Of a stretch of 64,000 nucleotides of DNA, positions 37,167-49,137 are shown piece after piece. The stretch comes from Zootoca vivipara (taxonomy: Eukaryota). The notes beneath the pieces are model-generated. The model did no database searches and had not been told where the DNA came from. It saw only the letters and a program-made list of their open reading frames with translations. The stretch covers positions 82,522,001 through 82,586,000 of the forward strand of contig NC_083276.1 in assembly GCF_963506605.1 (NCBI RefSeq), given 5' to 3'. Positions within the stretch are counted from its first letter, which is position 1. Every line of letters starts with the position of its first letter. The translations under genes and the position numbers were made by a program.

Positions 37167-37596
37167 CAGGGGCGTCGCTAGCCTTCTGGCTGCCCGGGGT
37201 GGCAAACCAGAAGGCACCCCGCCAGGGGGCGGGCAGTGGCGTTCCTACCCCAGCATCCTGCAAGTGCACACTCCGCACTGGGCAGGGCACATGCACAGCT
37301 CTACCCAACTCAGGGAGGGAGGGGAGAGCGAGACAGCGGCCTGCCACCTCCCTATCCCAGTGAGCTTCATCTGCATGCGGAGCTTGCTAGGCTGGGGAGA
37401 GTGAGGCAGCGGCCCGTCACCTCCCCATCCCAGCGAGCTCTGCCTCCGCACGTGGCAGCATCGGGGCGGTCTCTCCATGGCGGCAGCCATGGTGGCCGTC
37501 GTAGGTGGAGGTGCAGAGGGGCCAAGGGGCGCTGCCCCCGCTGCCCCACACAGAGTGGAGCTCAGGACGGCCCGCCACCCTGTTGCGGCGCCCCTG
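37167..37596. mobile_element. GC-rich hAT MITE
   Basis: TIR CAGGGGCGTCGC / GCGGCGCCCCTG; 8-bp TSD GAGCTATG. Confidence 0.88.
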
Positions 37597-38624
37597 GAGC
37601 TATGCCACTGACTCATATTGTTCAACAGTAGGTACACTGACTACCAGCAGCTGCCTGGGATCATGTGCAAGCAAAGCATGAGCTACCAGGCAAAATTTTC
37701 CTCTATAACCTGGCCTTTGGTCTTTAACTATTGGTGGCCATTTAGAAGTGGGTGGTATGTTTTCAATGTACTGTATTTCTTTTTCCTCTTGGTTTTAATG
37801 AATCTATGTGAGAGGGTTCCTATCTGTTTGTTTGGTTGCAAGTTGCTAACAAATTTTTATAAATAAAATAATAATAACTTCACTTTTAAAATATACATAG
37901 TTTTTCTAGGAGCAAAGTCTTCCCATTCTTTTTGTGTGGGAGAAGAAGATGGAGCTGTTTAAATATACTTTTATAACTCTGTAAAGATACACATTTTACA
38001 GAGAAACATAAGCAAGAGAGATACCGCCACAAGGAACGTACAATCTAGAGGCAGGTGGGTTGTGGGGCAGGGGCTACAATAGCAGAAGGGATTAGATAAA
38101 GTGAGAGTAAAAGAGAAACAAACGAAAAAATGGAGCAAATGCTTTTTATGCATGTTTACACTGCAACCCTCAGAAGTAACTCCCACTGTATTCAGGTGTA
38201 ATTACTCTCAGGCAAGGCTGCTACAGTTAGTGTGGGCAGGTTGAAGCTCCTGAATCCAAAATTCCTTGTTGCAAGGAGCTTGAACCAACACTACTCACAA
38301 ATAGTGGGGCCTGTTGTTGTTGTTGTTGCTGTTGTTACTCCAGATGTAAAGTTGTGACTGTGAACCCACAAATGCACAATTAACCCACTCAAGCTTCAAT
38401 GCAAACAAATTGGAGCAGCAAAAACAATCATGGTGTCCTACGGTATATCAAAACAAAAAGCCATGTATTCTTCTCTTTAAAAGATGTCCTGTGGAAACTG
38501 AGGAAGATATCAACCAGATTTTATTTCCTTTCAATCAATCAGTCGAATATTAGTCAAGAATGTGATTAGAAGCCAAACATATTATGAGAGTATTGAAGGA
38601 CAGAAAAAAGAGAATTTAGCCCCT

Positions 38625-38860
38625 TCATGAAAATGTTTGGAGGCGAACATCCTTATTCCTCAGACTGTAGATCATAGGGTTTAACATGGGAGTAACAACC
38701 CCATACAACAGAGAAACAATTCTGTCCCATTTGGGTGAATAGCTGGAAGTGGGATGAACATAGATGGCAATGGTGATCCCAAAGAAAATGAACACTACAG
38801 TCAGGTGGGAACCACAGGTGGAAAAGGCTTTGCACCTTCCCTCAGCAGACTGCATGCACA
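38625..38860 (-). pseudogene. OR 3' fragment (ICL3 to C-terminus)
   Basis: [10 protein letters not shown]...[15 protein letters not shown]; upstream part replaced by L1 sequence. Confidence 0.9.
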
Positions 38861-38861
38861 G

Positions 38862-39830
38862 GAGATTTTGTCATTGATCATTTGTAGGTAATCTGTGTTT
38901 GTCTCTTAAGATGGAATATGTATAAAATTCATCCTCTTCATTTATCAGCTGGTCTAACGTTAATATACCCAAATTCACCTACGGTACCTCTTACAAACGA
39001 CCATTTCTTTACCGATTTTTAAAGACAGGTTTCCCCACAAAGTCATTTTCTCATGGGAGAAAAAGGTAAAAATTATATTTTTTGGATATGTGGTGCCATA
39101 TCATTCAAACTGATGTTATTGTTTCAATAGCATCTTGAGTATTAATTTATTTAGACCCAAGTGCCACCCATCATTGGAACAGTGCTACATAGGAATATTC
39201 CAAAGCAGCCCAACTTAGACCGCTGTTGTGGGTCTCCAGAATTGTGTACCTGACAGTAAATATGCTTTGTGATAAAATTATACATCTGGGATCGCAAATC
39301 CTCCTTTCTTCATTGGTATTTTCATTTTTGGCATAGATATTCTTGGAATTGAAGAGCCCCAAAGGCATTTTCAAAACAAAGATTTAATTTTGTGAAAGTA
39401 TTTGCTCAGTATGTCAATTGGAATTCCTCTTAATATATAAACTAGTTTAAGAGCATTGACTTTTCCCCATAGGGTCAGGTTCAATGACTCTCATTTGTCA
39501 ATATCCATTGATACCTCATGATATATTTTGTTGGTGTTTAATGACACTAATGTAGATAAGTCTTGTGGTATTAATATGCCAAGATATTTAATGTTGCCTA
39601 CTCAAATATGAAATTAATATTGTTTAAACGGTTGAACCAAAAAGGTTATTTCCTATTAACATCAACTCCGATATGGAGCAGTTTATAGTATAGTATAACC
39701 AGAGATATTGCCCAAAACATCCATGGTTCGCAGTAATATTAGAACAGAACTGTGAGGTTTCATTACGAACAGAATAATGTCATCTGCAAACATTATCAAT
39801 TTGTATTAAGAAGATTGAGTTGTTTAGGTA
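38862..39830 (-). mobile_element. Decayed L1-type ORF2 fragment
   Basis: MFADD at ~39779-39793 on -; partial duplicate at 47289-47510. Confidence 0.65.
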
Positions 39831-40299
39831 TACAGTACTTATAAAAGTATAGGATACACGACACTTTTCAGAGAAACATGAGCAAGAGAGTTGCTGAGTC
39901 AAGGAGCATACAATCTAGATACAGATGGGTTACAGCATAGGGGCTACAGTAGCAGGGGGGATTACATACAGTGAGAGTAAAAGATAAACAAAGGAAGAAT
40001 TGGAGCAAATATCTTTTTTAAAATTTTTACACTCAGAAGTAATTCCCACTGCATTCAGGTGGACTTACTCTCAGGTACCACGTGAAGACAAGTTGAAGTT
40101 CCTGATTCCAGAATTCCTTGATGCAAGGAGTTTGAACCATTGGTACTCACAAATAGTGAGGCCTGTTGTTGCTGCTGTTGCCAGGTGTAAGACTATGAAC
40201 TAGTGTGAACCCACAAATGTACAACTAACCCCATGGAATCTTCAATGAAAACTAATTTGAACACCCAAAACAGCCATGGCTTTAGACTTATATTCTTTA

Positions 40300-41166
40300 C
40301 TAGTGTCATTCAGCCCGTTCAGTAAACGGCCGCTAGAACATGTGAGGAGTGGCGGGGCCGCGGCCTTCCCTCCCTCTCTGTGCTCGGATGCTGTGCCTGG
40401 GAGGAGAAGGGGAGGTAGCCTTCTGAAGCCCGCTTCCTCCCAAGTAGACCTGCCCGTCGGGGTGCAGCGAGGAGCAGGGCAGGCTACCAGCCACGACTGA
40501 GCGAGGGGAACGACTCCGGCACCCAACCTCTGGGACTGAGGTGCAGGTNNNNNNNNNNNNNNNNNNNNNNNNNNNNNNNNNNNNNNNNNNNNNNNNNNNN
40601 NNNNNNNNNNNNNNNNNNNNNNNNNNNNNNNNNNNNNNNNNNNNNNNNNNNNNNNNNNNNNNNNNNNNNNNNNNNNNNNNNNNNNNNNNNNNNNNNNNNN
40701 ACCCTCTCCTCCTCCTCCTCCACCGTGCGGAGCCCTCTTTCCTTGTTTGCGTTTTTTCTTCCCGCCTTTCCCCTCTGAGGCAAAGGCTCCCCTCACGTGA
40801 GGCGGGGGCCCTGCCTGGCAGTGCCGGAGCTCCCTGCGGCCGCAATGGCAGCGCCAGCGCTTGAGGGAGCCGGCCGAGAAAAGAGAGGCGGAGGTGTGGG
40901 GGAAAGAGCTGCAAACTCTTCCCGCCGCAGCGGCTGCTAACGCAGGTGGGTGGGGAAGGAGGGCGGCGGCGGCAGGCATGTGAGGCTCAACACGGTGGGA
41001 CCCGGCCGGGGTGCCTCGGCGAGAGCCAGTTACCATGAGAGTGTCCTGGGCGTGCGAGCAAGTGTCTCTGCGTCCAATCCCTGTGTCCGTGGGGCACATG
41101 CGTAGTAGCGCAGACACAGGGACACAGGGAGTGGACGCAGAGACACTTGCATATTATTATATAGGA
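40300..41166 (-). mobile_element. Non-autonomous Helitron
   Basis: 5' TCCTATATAATAA, 3' CTAG, subterminal hairpin GCCCGTT-cagta-AACGGCC (40313-40331); inserted at A|T with no TSD; empty site at 47965/47966. Confidence 0.9.
40549..40700. other. Assembly gap (152 N)
   Basis: Run of n. Confidence 1.
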
Positions 41167-41353
41167 TTAAAACAACAGTTTCAATGCCCAGGATCTTCTC
41201 TCTTAAAATATGTACTGTAGAAACTAAGGAAAATATCAAGACCTCATTTGCTTTCCCTCTCAAAGGATCAATCACGTATTTGTCAACAATGTGCTCAGAA
41301 GTCCAACATATTCTGAGAGTACTAAAGGACAGGAAAGACAGAACCTAACCATT

Positions 41354-42289
41354 TCATGAAAATATTTTAAGGTTGGGGGCTTTGACCAAGGCCCTCATAA
41401 CATCCTTATTCCTCAGGCTGTAGATCATAGGGTTTAGCATAGGAGTAACAATCCCATACAACATGGAAACAATTCTGTCCCGTTTGGGCGAATAGCTGGA
41501 GGTGGGGCGAATATAGGTGGCAATGGTGGTCCCATAAAACAGGAAAACAACAGTCAAGTGGGAACCACAGGTGGAAAAGGCTTTATGTCTTCCCTCAGCA
41601 GACTGCATGCGCAGGATAGTAGAGATGATATAGACGTATGAGATCAGAGTGACCAGGAAAGCACCACCTCCTAAAGTACCACCCACAAGGAGAGCAGCCT
41701 GTTCTGGGAGGTAGGTAGAGGAGCAAGAGGCAGCCACTAATGGTGGGATATCACAGTAATATTGGTTAATTTTATTGGGCCCACAGAAGGATAATGAAGA
41801 GGTCAATGAAGTATGAATCATGGAACTGATGAAGCCGGTTAGCCAGGTCCCAGCAGCCAGCTGAACACACCGTCGTTTCGTCATGATGTTTGTGTAGTGC
41901 AAGGGACTGCAGATAGCCACGTAGCGGTCATACGCCATCACTGAGAGCAATAAAACTTCAGTGCCCACAGCATCAATCAGAAAGAAGAGTTGTAATACAC
42001 AACCAACAAAGGATATTGACTTGTCCTCTGACAAGAAGACCTGGAGCATCTTGGGCACAGTGATAGTTGGGCAAAGGACATCCAGGAAAGACAGGTTGCT
42101 GATGAAGAAGTACATGGGAGTCTGGAGGTGAACATCTGTTGCTATTGCTGTGAGAATTGCCCCATTCCCTGCCAGAGTGATCAAGTAAATCAGCAGAATT
42201 GCTACAAAGAGGAAGATTCGCACTTCTGGGAGATCAGACAGCTCAGTGAAGTAAAAATCTCTTGTTTTTGTGATATTCGCTTTCTCCAT
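41354..42289 (-). CDS. Olfactory receptor, tandem array copy 1, intact (311 aa)
   Basis: Start MEKANIT after acceptor at 42309; full OR motif set. Confidence 0.96.
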   Translation of the reverse strand: MEKANITKTRDFYFTELSDLPEVRIFLFVAILLIYLITLAGNGAILTAIATDVHLQTPMYFFISNLSFLDVLCPTITVPKMLQVFLSEDKSISFVGCVLQLFFLIDAVGTEVLLLSVMAYDRYVAICSPLHYTNIMTKRRCVQLAAGTWLTGFISSMIHTSLTSSLSFCGPNKINQYYCDIPPLVAASCSSTYLPEQAALLVGGTLGGGAFLVTLISYVYIISTILRMQSAEGRHKAFSTCGSHLTVVFLFYGTTIATYIRPTSSYSPKRDRIVSMLYGIVTPMLNPMIYSLRNKDVMRALVKAPNLKIFS

Positions 42290-42436
42290 TGCCACTCCAA
42301 TTGCATATCTAAAGTACGGAGAAAACAAAGCAGATTTTTTAAAAGAGCAAGAGCAGGGATCATTCCGTTTGTAACCCAAGGCTAGTTCTGTTCTTAATAA
42401 GACAGCCAGTCAAGAAGCAGGGTGCCAACTCTAGGG

Positions 42437-42783
42437 CAGCGTTTCTGAACTGCTGTTCCGCGGCACACTAGTGTGCCGCGAGACGCTGGCTGGTGTGCCG
42501 CGACGTGCGGCGACGAGAAGGGCGATTTGCATTGTACACTAACCCGCCGGAAAGCAATATTTCTCCTCCTCTTTCCCAAAGCTCAGTGCAAACGAGCCTG
42601 GCGGCCGCCAATTCTCTACACTGACCCGCCGGAAAGCAATATTTGGCAAGTGTTTCTTACAGTTATAATTATAATATAGGGCGGCACAGAGTTAAATTTT
42701 TTAACTTTTTTAATGGTGGTGTGCCTCGTGATTTTTTTCACGGAACAAGTGTGCCGTGGCCCAAAAAAGGTTGAGAAACACTG
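42437..42783. mobile_element. hAT-Charlie-like MITE in the predicted OR 5' intron
   Basis: TIR CAGCGTTTCT / AGAAACACTG; 8-bp TSD CTCTAGGG; absent at paralogous 49277-49284. Confidence 0.9.
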
Positions 42784-44160
42784 CTCTAGGGGATTGTAAG
42801 CACCTCAGTCCCCTTGGTATAAGTTTGACCTGCAACACAATGTTGCAATGTCCACCCACTGGGTTTTATTCACTCCTTTCCACAGTGAGACAGCATTTCA
42901 TAGACAATGGGCATGCTGGGTTTGACAGTTTCCCTCCACCTAAAACTCCCCCGCCCCCTTAAAGATATCGTCCACTTCTGCAAATGTCAGAGTTTCCTAC
43001 ATCAGATGATACCATTTCCTGGTGTGGATGGTACCTTCTTGACTACATAAAGACAGCATGAATGTGCTATTAAAATATATTAATCCAGTCAATGTCCATT
43101 TTTTACGATTGTGAAACTTTATCAAAGCAGGTACAAATTATTCCAGCTTTTTCATCAGCTATTTTCAACTGACAAAATAAGATTTCTCAAAATATGTTTC
43201 ATTTACAAAATCATTAATTTTTTCATTAAAATACATGATGAAAGAAATATCAGATTCTTGTTTTTAAAAATCCCAAGATCAATGAAACAGGTATAGTGCC
43301 ATCTAACCACACTACCCTCCAAAATTACACTTTCTCTCAATACCAGACATACAATAATTGTTATAAAGCAGGAACTAAACCTACCTTGTACATTTCCACA
43401 ACTGAATTTTAAATCAATGGAATGGGTCTTAATGCAGATTTTAAAACTAAATGGATTTAAAAACGAAGTCATTACAACAATGTATACAGTGTTGTGAAGA
43501 TGCTATGGTTTTTCTACTGCAAAACCTAATGCTACAGTATAAAGTCCCTTTTTACTGATAAGGGATTTAAGATTGTGACATGAAAATTTGGCTATGACAC
43601 ACTGATATCATGAGTTCTGATCTCTGATCTTCAGCTCATTGAATGAATACATTATGCCTATCACTAAAAACTAGCACTGCCTACATAAAATGTTTGACTG
43701 CCTAAGCCTGCCAGTACAATAAAGCATCGACTTGCCTTCCTTGCTTTCCTTGCAGACTTGAGCACCACAGTAAGAGAGGGCAATGTGAAGAATTTATGTC
43801 TCATCAGGAAAAATGATGTTGTGCCTCTTCTCAAGCAAAATTCAGTAAACAATGCCTCTGACGTGAGTCAAAAGGGCAAAGTATTGTTTTTCCTTTGGCA
43901 TGGTGGTTGGGGGAATGGTGTCTGTATTGGGACAAAGGTCTCTGAGGAATCCTGCAGTCCCTCAGTTGAAGTCTCAGTTGTGTACAAGTTCATTTGGCCA
44001 AAAGGTATTTTGAATGCAATTGCCCTGATCCATAGAAGACGTATTGTGCCCAAGTTCTGCTGAACTCAAGGGAACTTCCATTAACCTTGAAATCCCATTG
44101 CTTTCAATGGGACTTGCACAGCTACTATTCTCAGGAGGAAAATGTCTATTCAAAGCAATA

Positions 44161-44577
44161 TGCTTTTGTCATGATGTTTGTGTAGCATGATAGACTGCAG
44201 ATAGCAACAGAGCGGTCATATGCCACTGCTAGCAATTAAATATGAGTGCCCATCACCACATCAATCAGAAATAAGAGTTGTAGCATGCAACCAACAAATG
44301 ATATTGCCTTGTCCTCTGACAAGAAGACCTGGAGCATCTTTGGCACAGTGACAATTGAGCAAAGGACATCTAAAAAAGATAAAGTACTGGGGAAGAGATA
44401 CATGGGGGTCTGGAGATGAACTTCTGTCCCTATGGCCAAGAGAATTGGCCCGTTCCCTACCAGAGTAATCAAGTAGGTCAGGAGAATTGCCACAAAGAGG
44501 GACATTTGCACTTCCAGAAGATTAGACAGCTTGGTGAGGTAAAAATCTTTTGTTTCTGTGATATGGTCTTTCTCCAT
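44161..44577 (-). pseudogene. OR 5'-half pseudogene (N-terminus to ICL2)
   Basis: MEKDHIT...LQTPMY...GTHI*, then AYDRSVAIC, then truncation. Confidence 0.92.
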
Positions 44578-45169
44578 CTTCCCGCCAATCAGGTTAACTG
44601 GATAATCCAAAAGACAGTGGAAACAGAGTAAATTTGTTTAAAGCTTAACTACTTAACAATATATAATTGATTACCTATCTGACTTTTATTTACATTGAAC
44701 TTGATTCCTTTTGTGTCTCCACACATCCCTCATCCACCTATGGCTACCAGCTTGGCCAGAGGGGACTGCCAACTGAGTGGGAGTTCATATGTACTTCTCA
44801 GTGTGCAATAATCTAGACTTAATATACCAAAGCTTCACTATGAGCCACTGAGAAAAGGAAATGCCATCTTATCAACAATCTAACCAATAATCAATTATGA
44901 AATTTGAAATACAAAATGTAGGTCGTATTATGCATCAAGCAAAATCCTGACCTTTGACTGATTAACAGTATATAATAATAAAATTTATTATTTATACCCC
45001 CCCCCAAAAAAAAAATCTGGCTTGGATTCCCCAGCCACTCTGTGGAGCTTCCAACAAAATGTTAAAATACAATAATCTGTTAAACATTAAAAGCTTCCCT
45101 AAACAGGGCTGCCTTCAGATGTCTTCTAAAAGTCTGGTAGTTGACATGTGTCCTTCCTAACTCTGTGCA

Positions 45170-45990
45170 ACATTACCAACTACAGTAAATGAAATATTTA
45201 AAAATGAAAAAGGTAGGATTTGCTTATGAAATCTCAAATTTTCAGTCAGAAATTATAGAAAGTGGTACTAAAATATCTTCAAAGATGTACAATTCGTGTT
45301 TGGAATGGGAAATCAAAGATGAAGAGGTCAAGGATGTCATGACAAAGTGGGCAAAAATGTGGGATACAATACTCAGGTGACAGATTGGGAAAAATTCTGG
45401 GAGAAGGACTTAAAATTCATGGCCTGTGCTTCATTTAAAGGTTAAAAAAAAGAGGGGGGGATGCTGTTTGGATAATCCTAGCTCAGTACAGTCCCAGCTA
45501 AAGAAGACTGGTAAATTAAGTTAATGGAATAGGCTGAAATGATTTAAATAATTGGGAAATCTAGAAATTAAGATGTTAACAATATAAAGAAGAATGGGAA
45601 ATATTTATTGTATACACACAAAAGCAATGCACATAAGTAAATACATTAGCAGGATTTCGAAAAACACTTGTAACACGTTAGACAATGTATTAAAAATGGA
45701 AGAAAACAGAAGTTAAGATTTTTTGGATGTCCATAAATGAAAATAATAGAATGGAACCAGGGGAGGGGACGGAGGGAAGTTGAGGGATTCAAGTAATCCC
45801 AAACTAAGGATTTAATATGAATTGTTAAAAAAAACACCAAAAAACATTATTGTGTTTGTGTCTTCTTCTTCCTCCTCCTCCTCCTCTTCTTCTTCTTCTT
45901 CTTCTTCTTCTTCTTCTTCTTCTGTTCTTCTGGGTTATTTTCTTTTTCTTTCAATGAAATGTTTTTGTTTTTGGTAAAAAGTTAATAAAA
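45170..45990 (+). mobile_element. Decayed L1-type 3' region with (CTT)n
   Basis: ISSKMYN...VKDVMTKWAK is ORF2-like; duplicated at ~51890-52650 and ~57105-57900. Confidence 0.55.
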
Positions 45991-46280
45991 ATATTATTAC
46001 ATTTTTTAAAAACCAGTCTGTGTCCTTGGTGGCAAAGATAATTAGTGGGATTCACCTAAGTTGTTGTGTGCATAGAATGAAGTCCACTCAGGCCACATCT
46101 CCTTCCACCTTGTGCCCCCAGTAATCCATAAATCTGCTGTAGGAGGTTGGGAGAAAACCCAGAGCAGGATGCAAGAGGAGTGCATGGCAGAAGACAGGGG
46201 GGGAAGGTCCTATTGTGCAGGTGGAACTTGTTCCCCTGCTCATGTGCCCCTTAGCACTACACTGAATTCCACCCACTATG

Positions 46281-46977
46281 TTAGCCTTCCCCGTAGCAAA
46301 ACATCACAACTTTGGGGGTTTCAGGCCTCAGGTGGAATCCTTTAGTCTATCTTACAAAATTGGGGGGGGTTTGAAGCGTTGACCCACGCCCTGCCTGCGG
46401 TGGCGATCCCAGGGTTCCCCATTAAAGGGGTTGTTTTGAGGGGAGGCATTGGCTATACGCCGTTAGGTTGTCATTGCTCTCCCCTGGGACGGTGGCAAAA
46501 TGGGGGGCAGGCTCTCTGCTTGAACAGACGTTCTCCAGATCCAGCCCAATCCCCACATATTCTGGATAACCCTGATGTTCGCTAGAGCCCCGGCCGGGGA
46601 CTGGGAGGGATAAATGCCCAATGCCTAAGCCAAGGTCTCCCTACCATAGCTGTCAACCCTCCCTTGTTACTCCAAGCCACAGGTGTCAGCCATCCCTTTT
46701 TTTGCTGGAATTTCCCTAATTCCAGTGCCGTTTCCCGCTGCTATCCTGGATTGTTAGATTGTTAGATATACCGTAGACTGTCCCCAGGACAAGTGAGGCT
46801 GCTGATCCCTTATTTTCAAATCCGAAAGTTGACAGCTATGCTCCCTACATCTGATGTTTTAATAAAGTTGGGGCCAAATTTTAATCCCCCGTTCAACCCC
46901 ACAATTTTAACACGTTGTATTGAGTCATTATTCCACATGGGTGTCACCCAGAGTCGGGGGATCTCCGCCTGTGTGCA
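46281..46977 (+). mobile_element. LTR-like repeat, 3' part (family of 7706-8570)
   Basis: Reverse-complement similarity to 7706-8165. Confidence 0.7.
46645..46840. mobile_element. hAT MITE nested in the LTR-like repeat
   Basis: TIR CATAGCTGTCAAC / GTTGACAGCTATG; 8-bp TSD CTCCCTAC. Confidence 0.9.
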
Positions 46978-47075
46978 AGGAAGGAAGGAAGGAACATTGT
47001 AGTGACTTTTAGCTCAGAAGTACAACATATTTGAAGGACAGTATTCAAGGACAGGGAGGAATGAACCCAGTAACT

Positions 47076-47289
47076 TCATGAAAATCTTTTCAAACCAAAT
47101 GCTTTGACCAAGGCCCTCTTAACATCCTTATTCCTCAGACTGTAGATCATAGGGTTTAGCATAGGAGTAACTATCCCATACAACATGGAAACAATTCTGT
47201 CCTGTTTGGGTGAATAGCTGGAGGTGGGGCGAACATAGGTGGCAATGGTGGTCCCATAAAACAGGAAAACAACAGTCAGGTGGGAACCA
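47076..47289 (-). pseudogene. OR 3' fragment (TM6 to C-terminus)
   Basis: [12 protein letters not shown]...[20 protein letters not shown]; fused directly to L1 fragment. Confidence 0.9.
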
Positions 47290-48201
47290 TATGAAATTAG
47301 TATTGTTTAAACGGTTGAACCAAAAAGGTTATTTCCTATTAACATCAACTCCAATTTGGACCAGATTATAGAACAGTATATCCAGAGATATTGCCCAAAA
47401 CATCCAAGGTTTGCAGTAATATTAGAACAGAACTGTGAGGTTTCATTACGAACAGAATAATGTCATCTGCAAACATCATCAATTTGCATTAAGAAGATTG
47501 AGTTGTTTAGGTATACTTATAAAAGTATAGGATACACGACACTTTCAGGAGAAACATGAGCAAGAGAGTTGCTGAGTCAAGGAGCATACAATCTAGATGC
47601 AGAAGGGTTACAGCATAGGGACTACAGTAGCAGGGGGGATTACATACAGTGAGAGTAAAAGATAAACAAAGGAAGAATTGGAGCAAATGTCTTTTATAAA
47701 ATGTTTACACTGCATTCAGGTGGACTTACTCTCAGGTACCACGTGAAGACAAGTTGAAGCTCCTGATTCCAGAATTCCTTGATGCAAGGAGTTCGAACCA
47801 TTGGTACTCACAAATAGTGAGGCCTGTTGTTGCTGCTGTTGTTACTCCAGGTGTAAGACTGTGAACTAGTGTGAACCCACAAATGTACAACTAACCCCAT
47901 GGAATCTTCAATGAAAACTAATTTGAACACCAAAAACAGTCATGGCTTTAGACTTATATTCTTTATGAAAACAACAGTTTCGATGCCCAACAGTTTCAAT
48001 TCGCACCCTTTTAAAGGCTGTGGCATCTTCTCCCTTAAAACATGTGCTGTGGAAACTAAGGAAAATCTGGACCAGGCCTGATATCAAGACTTAATTTGCT
48101 TTCACTCTCAAAGGATCAATCAAGTATTAGTCAAGAATGTGCTCAGAAGTCCAACATATTCTGAGAGTATTGAAGGACAAGAAACACAGAACTTAACCAT
48201 T

Positions 48202-49137
48202 TCATGAAAATATTTTAAGGCTGAGGGCTTTGACCAAGGCCCTCTTAACATCTTTGTTCCTCAGGCTGTAGATCATAGGGTTTAGCATAGGAGTAAAAAT
48301 CCCATACAACATGGAAACAATTCTGTCCCATTTGGGTGAATAGCTGGAGGTGGGGCGAACATAGGTGGCAATGGTGGTCCCATAAAACAGGAAAACAACA
48401 GTCAGGTGGGAACCACAGGTGGAAAAGGCTTTGTGTCTTCCCTCAGCAGACTGCATGCGCAGGACAGTAGAGATTATATAGACGTATGAGATCAGAGTGA
48501 CCAGGAAAGCACCACCTCCTAAAATGCCACCCACAAGGAGAGCAGCCAGTTCCGGGAGGTAGGTAGAGGAGCAAGAGGCAGCCATTAGTGGTGGGATATC
48601 ACAGTAATATTGGTTAATTTTATAGGGCTCACAGAAGGATAATGAAGAGGTCAATGAAGTATGAATCATGGAACTGATGAAGCCGGTTAGCCAGGTCCCA
48701 GCAGCCAGCTGAACACACCGCCGTTTCGTCATGATGTTTGTGTAGTGCAAGGGACTGCAGATAGCCACGTAGCGGTCATACGCCATCACTGAGAGCAATA
48801 AAATTTCAGTGCCCACAGCATCAATCAGAAAGAAGAGCTGTAATACACAACCAACAAATGATATTGACTTGTCCTCTGACAAGAAGACCTGGAGCATCTT
48901 GGGCACAGTGATAGTTGGGCAAAGGACATCCAGGAAAGACAGGTTGCTGATGAAGAAGTACATGGGAGTCTGGAGGTGAACATCTGTTGCTATTGCTGTG
49001 AGAATTGCCCCATTCCCTGCCAGAGTGATCAAGTAAATCAGCAGAATTGCTACAAAGAGGAAGATTCGCACTTCTGGGAGATCAGACAGCTCAGTGAAGT
49101 AAAAATCTCTTGTTTTTGTGATATTGGCTTTCTCCAT
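48202..49137 (-). CDS. Olfactory receptor, tandem array copy 2, intact (311 aa)
   Basis: Full motif set; ATG at 49137 (the ORF-track start is a GTG). Confidence 0.96.
   Translation of the reverse strand: MEKANITKTRDFYFTELSDLPEVRIFLFVAILLIYLITLAGNGAILTAIATDVHLQTPMYFFISNLSFLDVLCPTITVPKMLQVFLSEDKSISFVGCVLQLFFLIDAVGTEILLLSVMAYDRYVAICSPLHYTNIMTKRRCVQLAAGTWLTGFISSMIHTSLTSSLSFCEPYKINQYYCDIPPLMAASCSSTYLPELAALLVGGILGGGAFLVTLISYVYIISTVLRMQSAEGRHKAFSTCGSHLTVVFLFYGTTIATYVRPTSSYSPKWDRIVSMLYGIFTPMLNPMIYSLRNKDVKRALVKALSLKIFS

Noticed and set aside
40242-41117. 291-aa and 193-aa ORFs in the Helitron
   Set aside because: They span a 152-N gap in GC-rich DNA; no Rep/helicase motifs.
43758-44063. 101-aa ORF identical at 50319-50624
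   Set aside because: Identity reflects recent duplication; the frame is disrupted in units 3 and 4.
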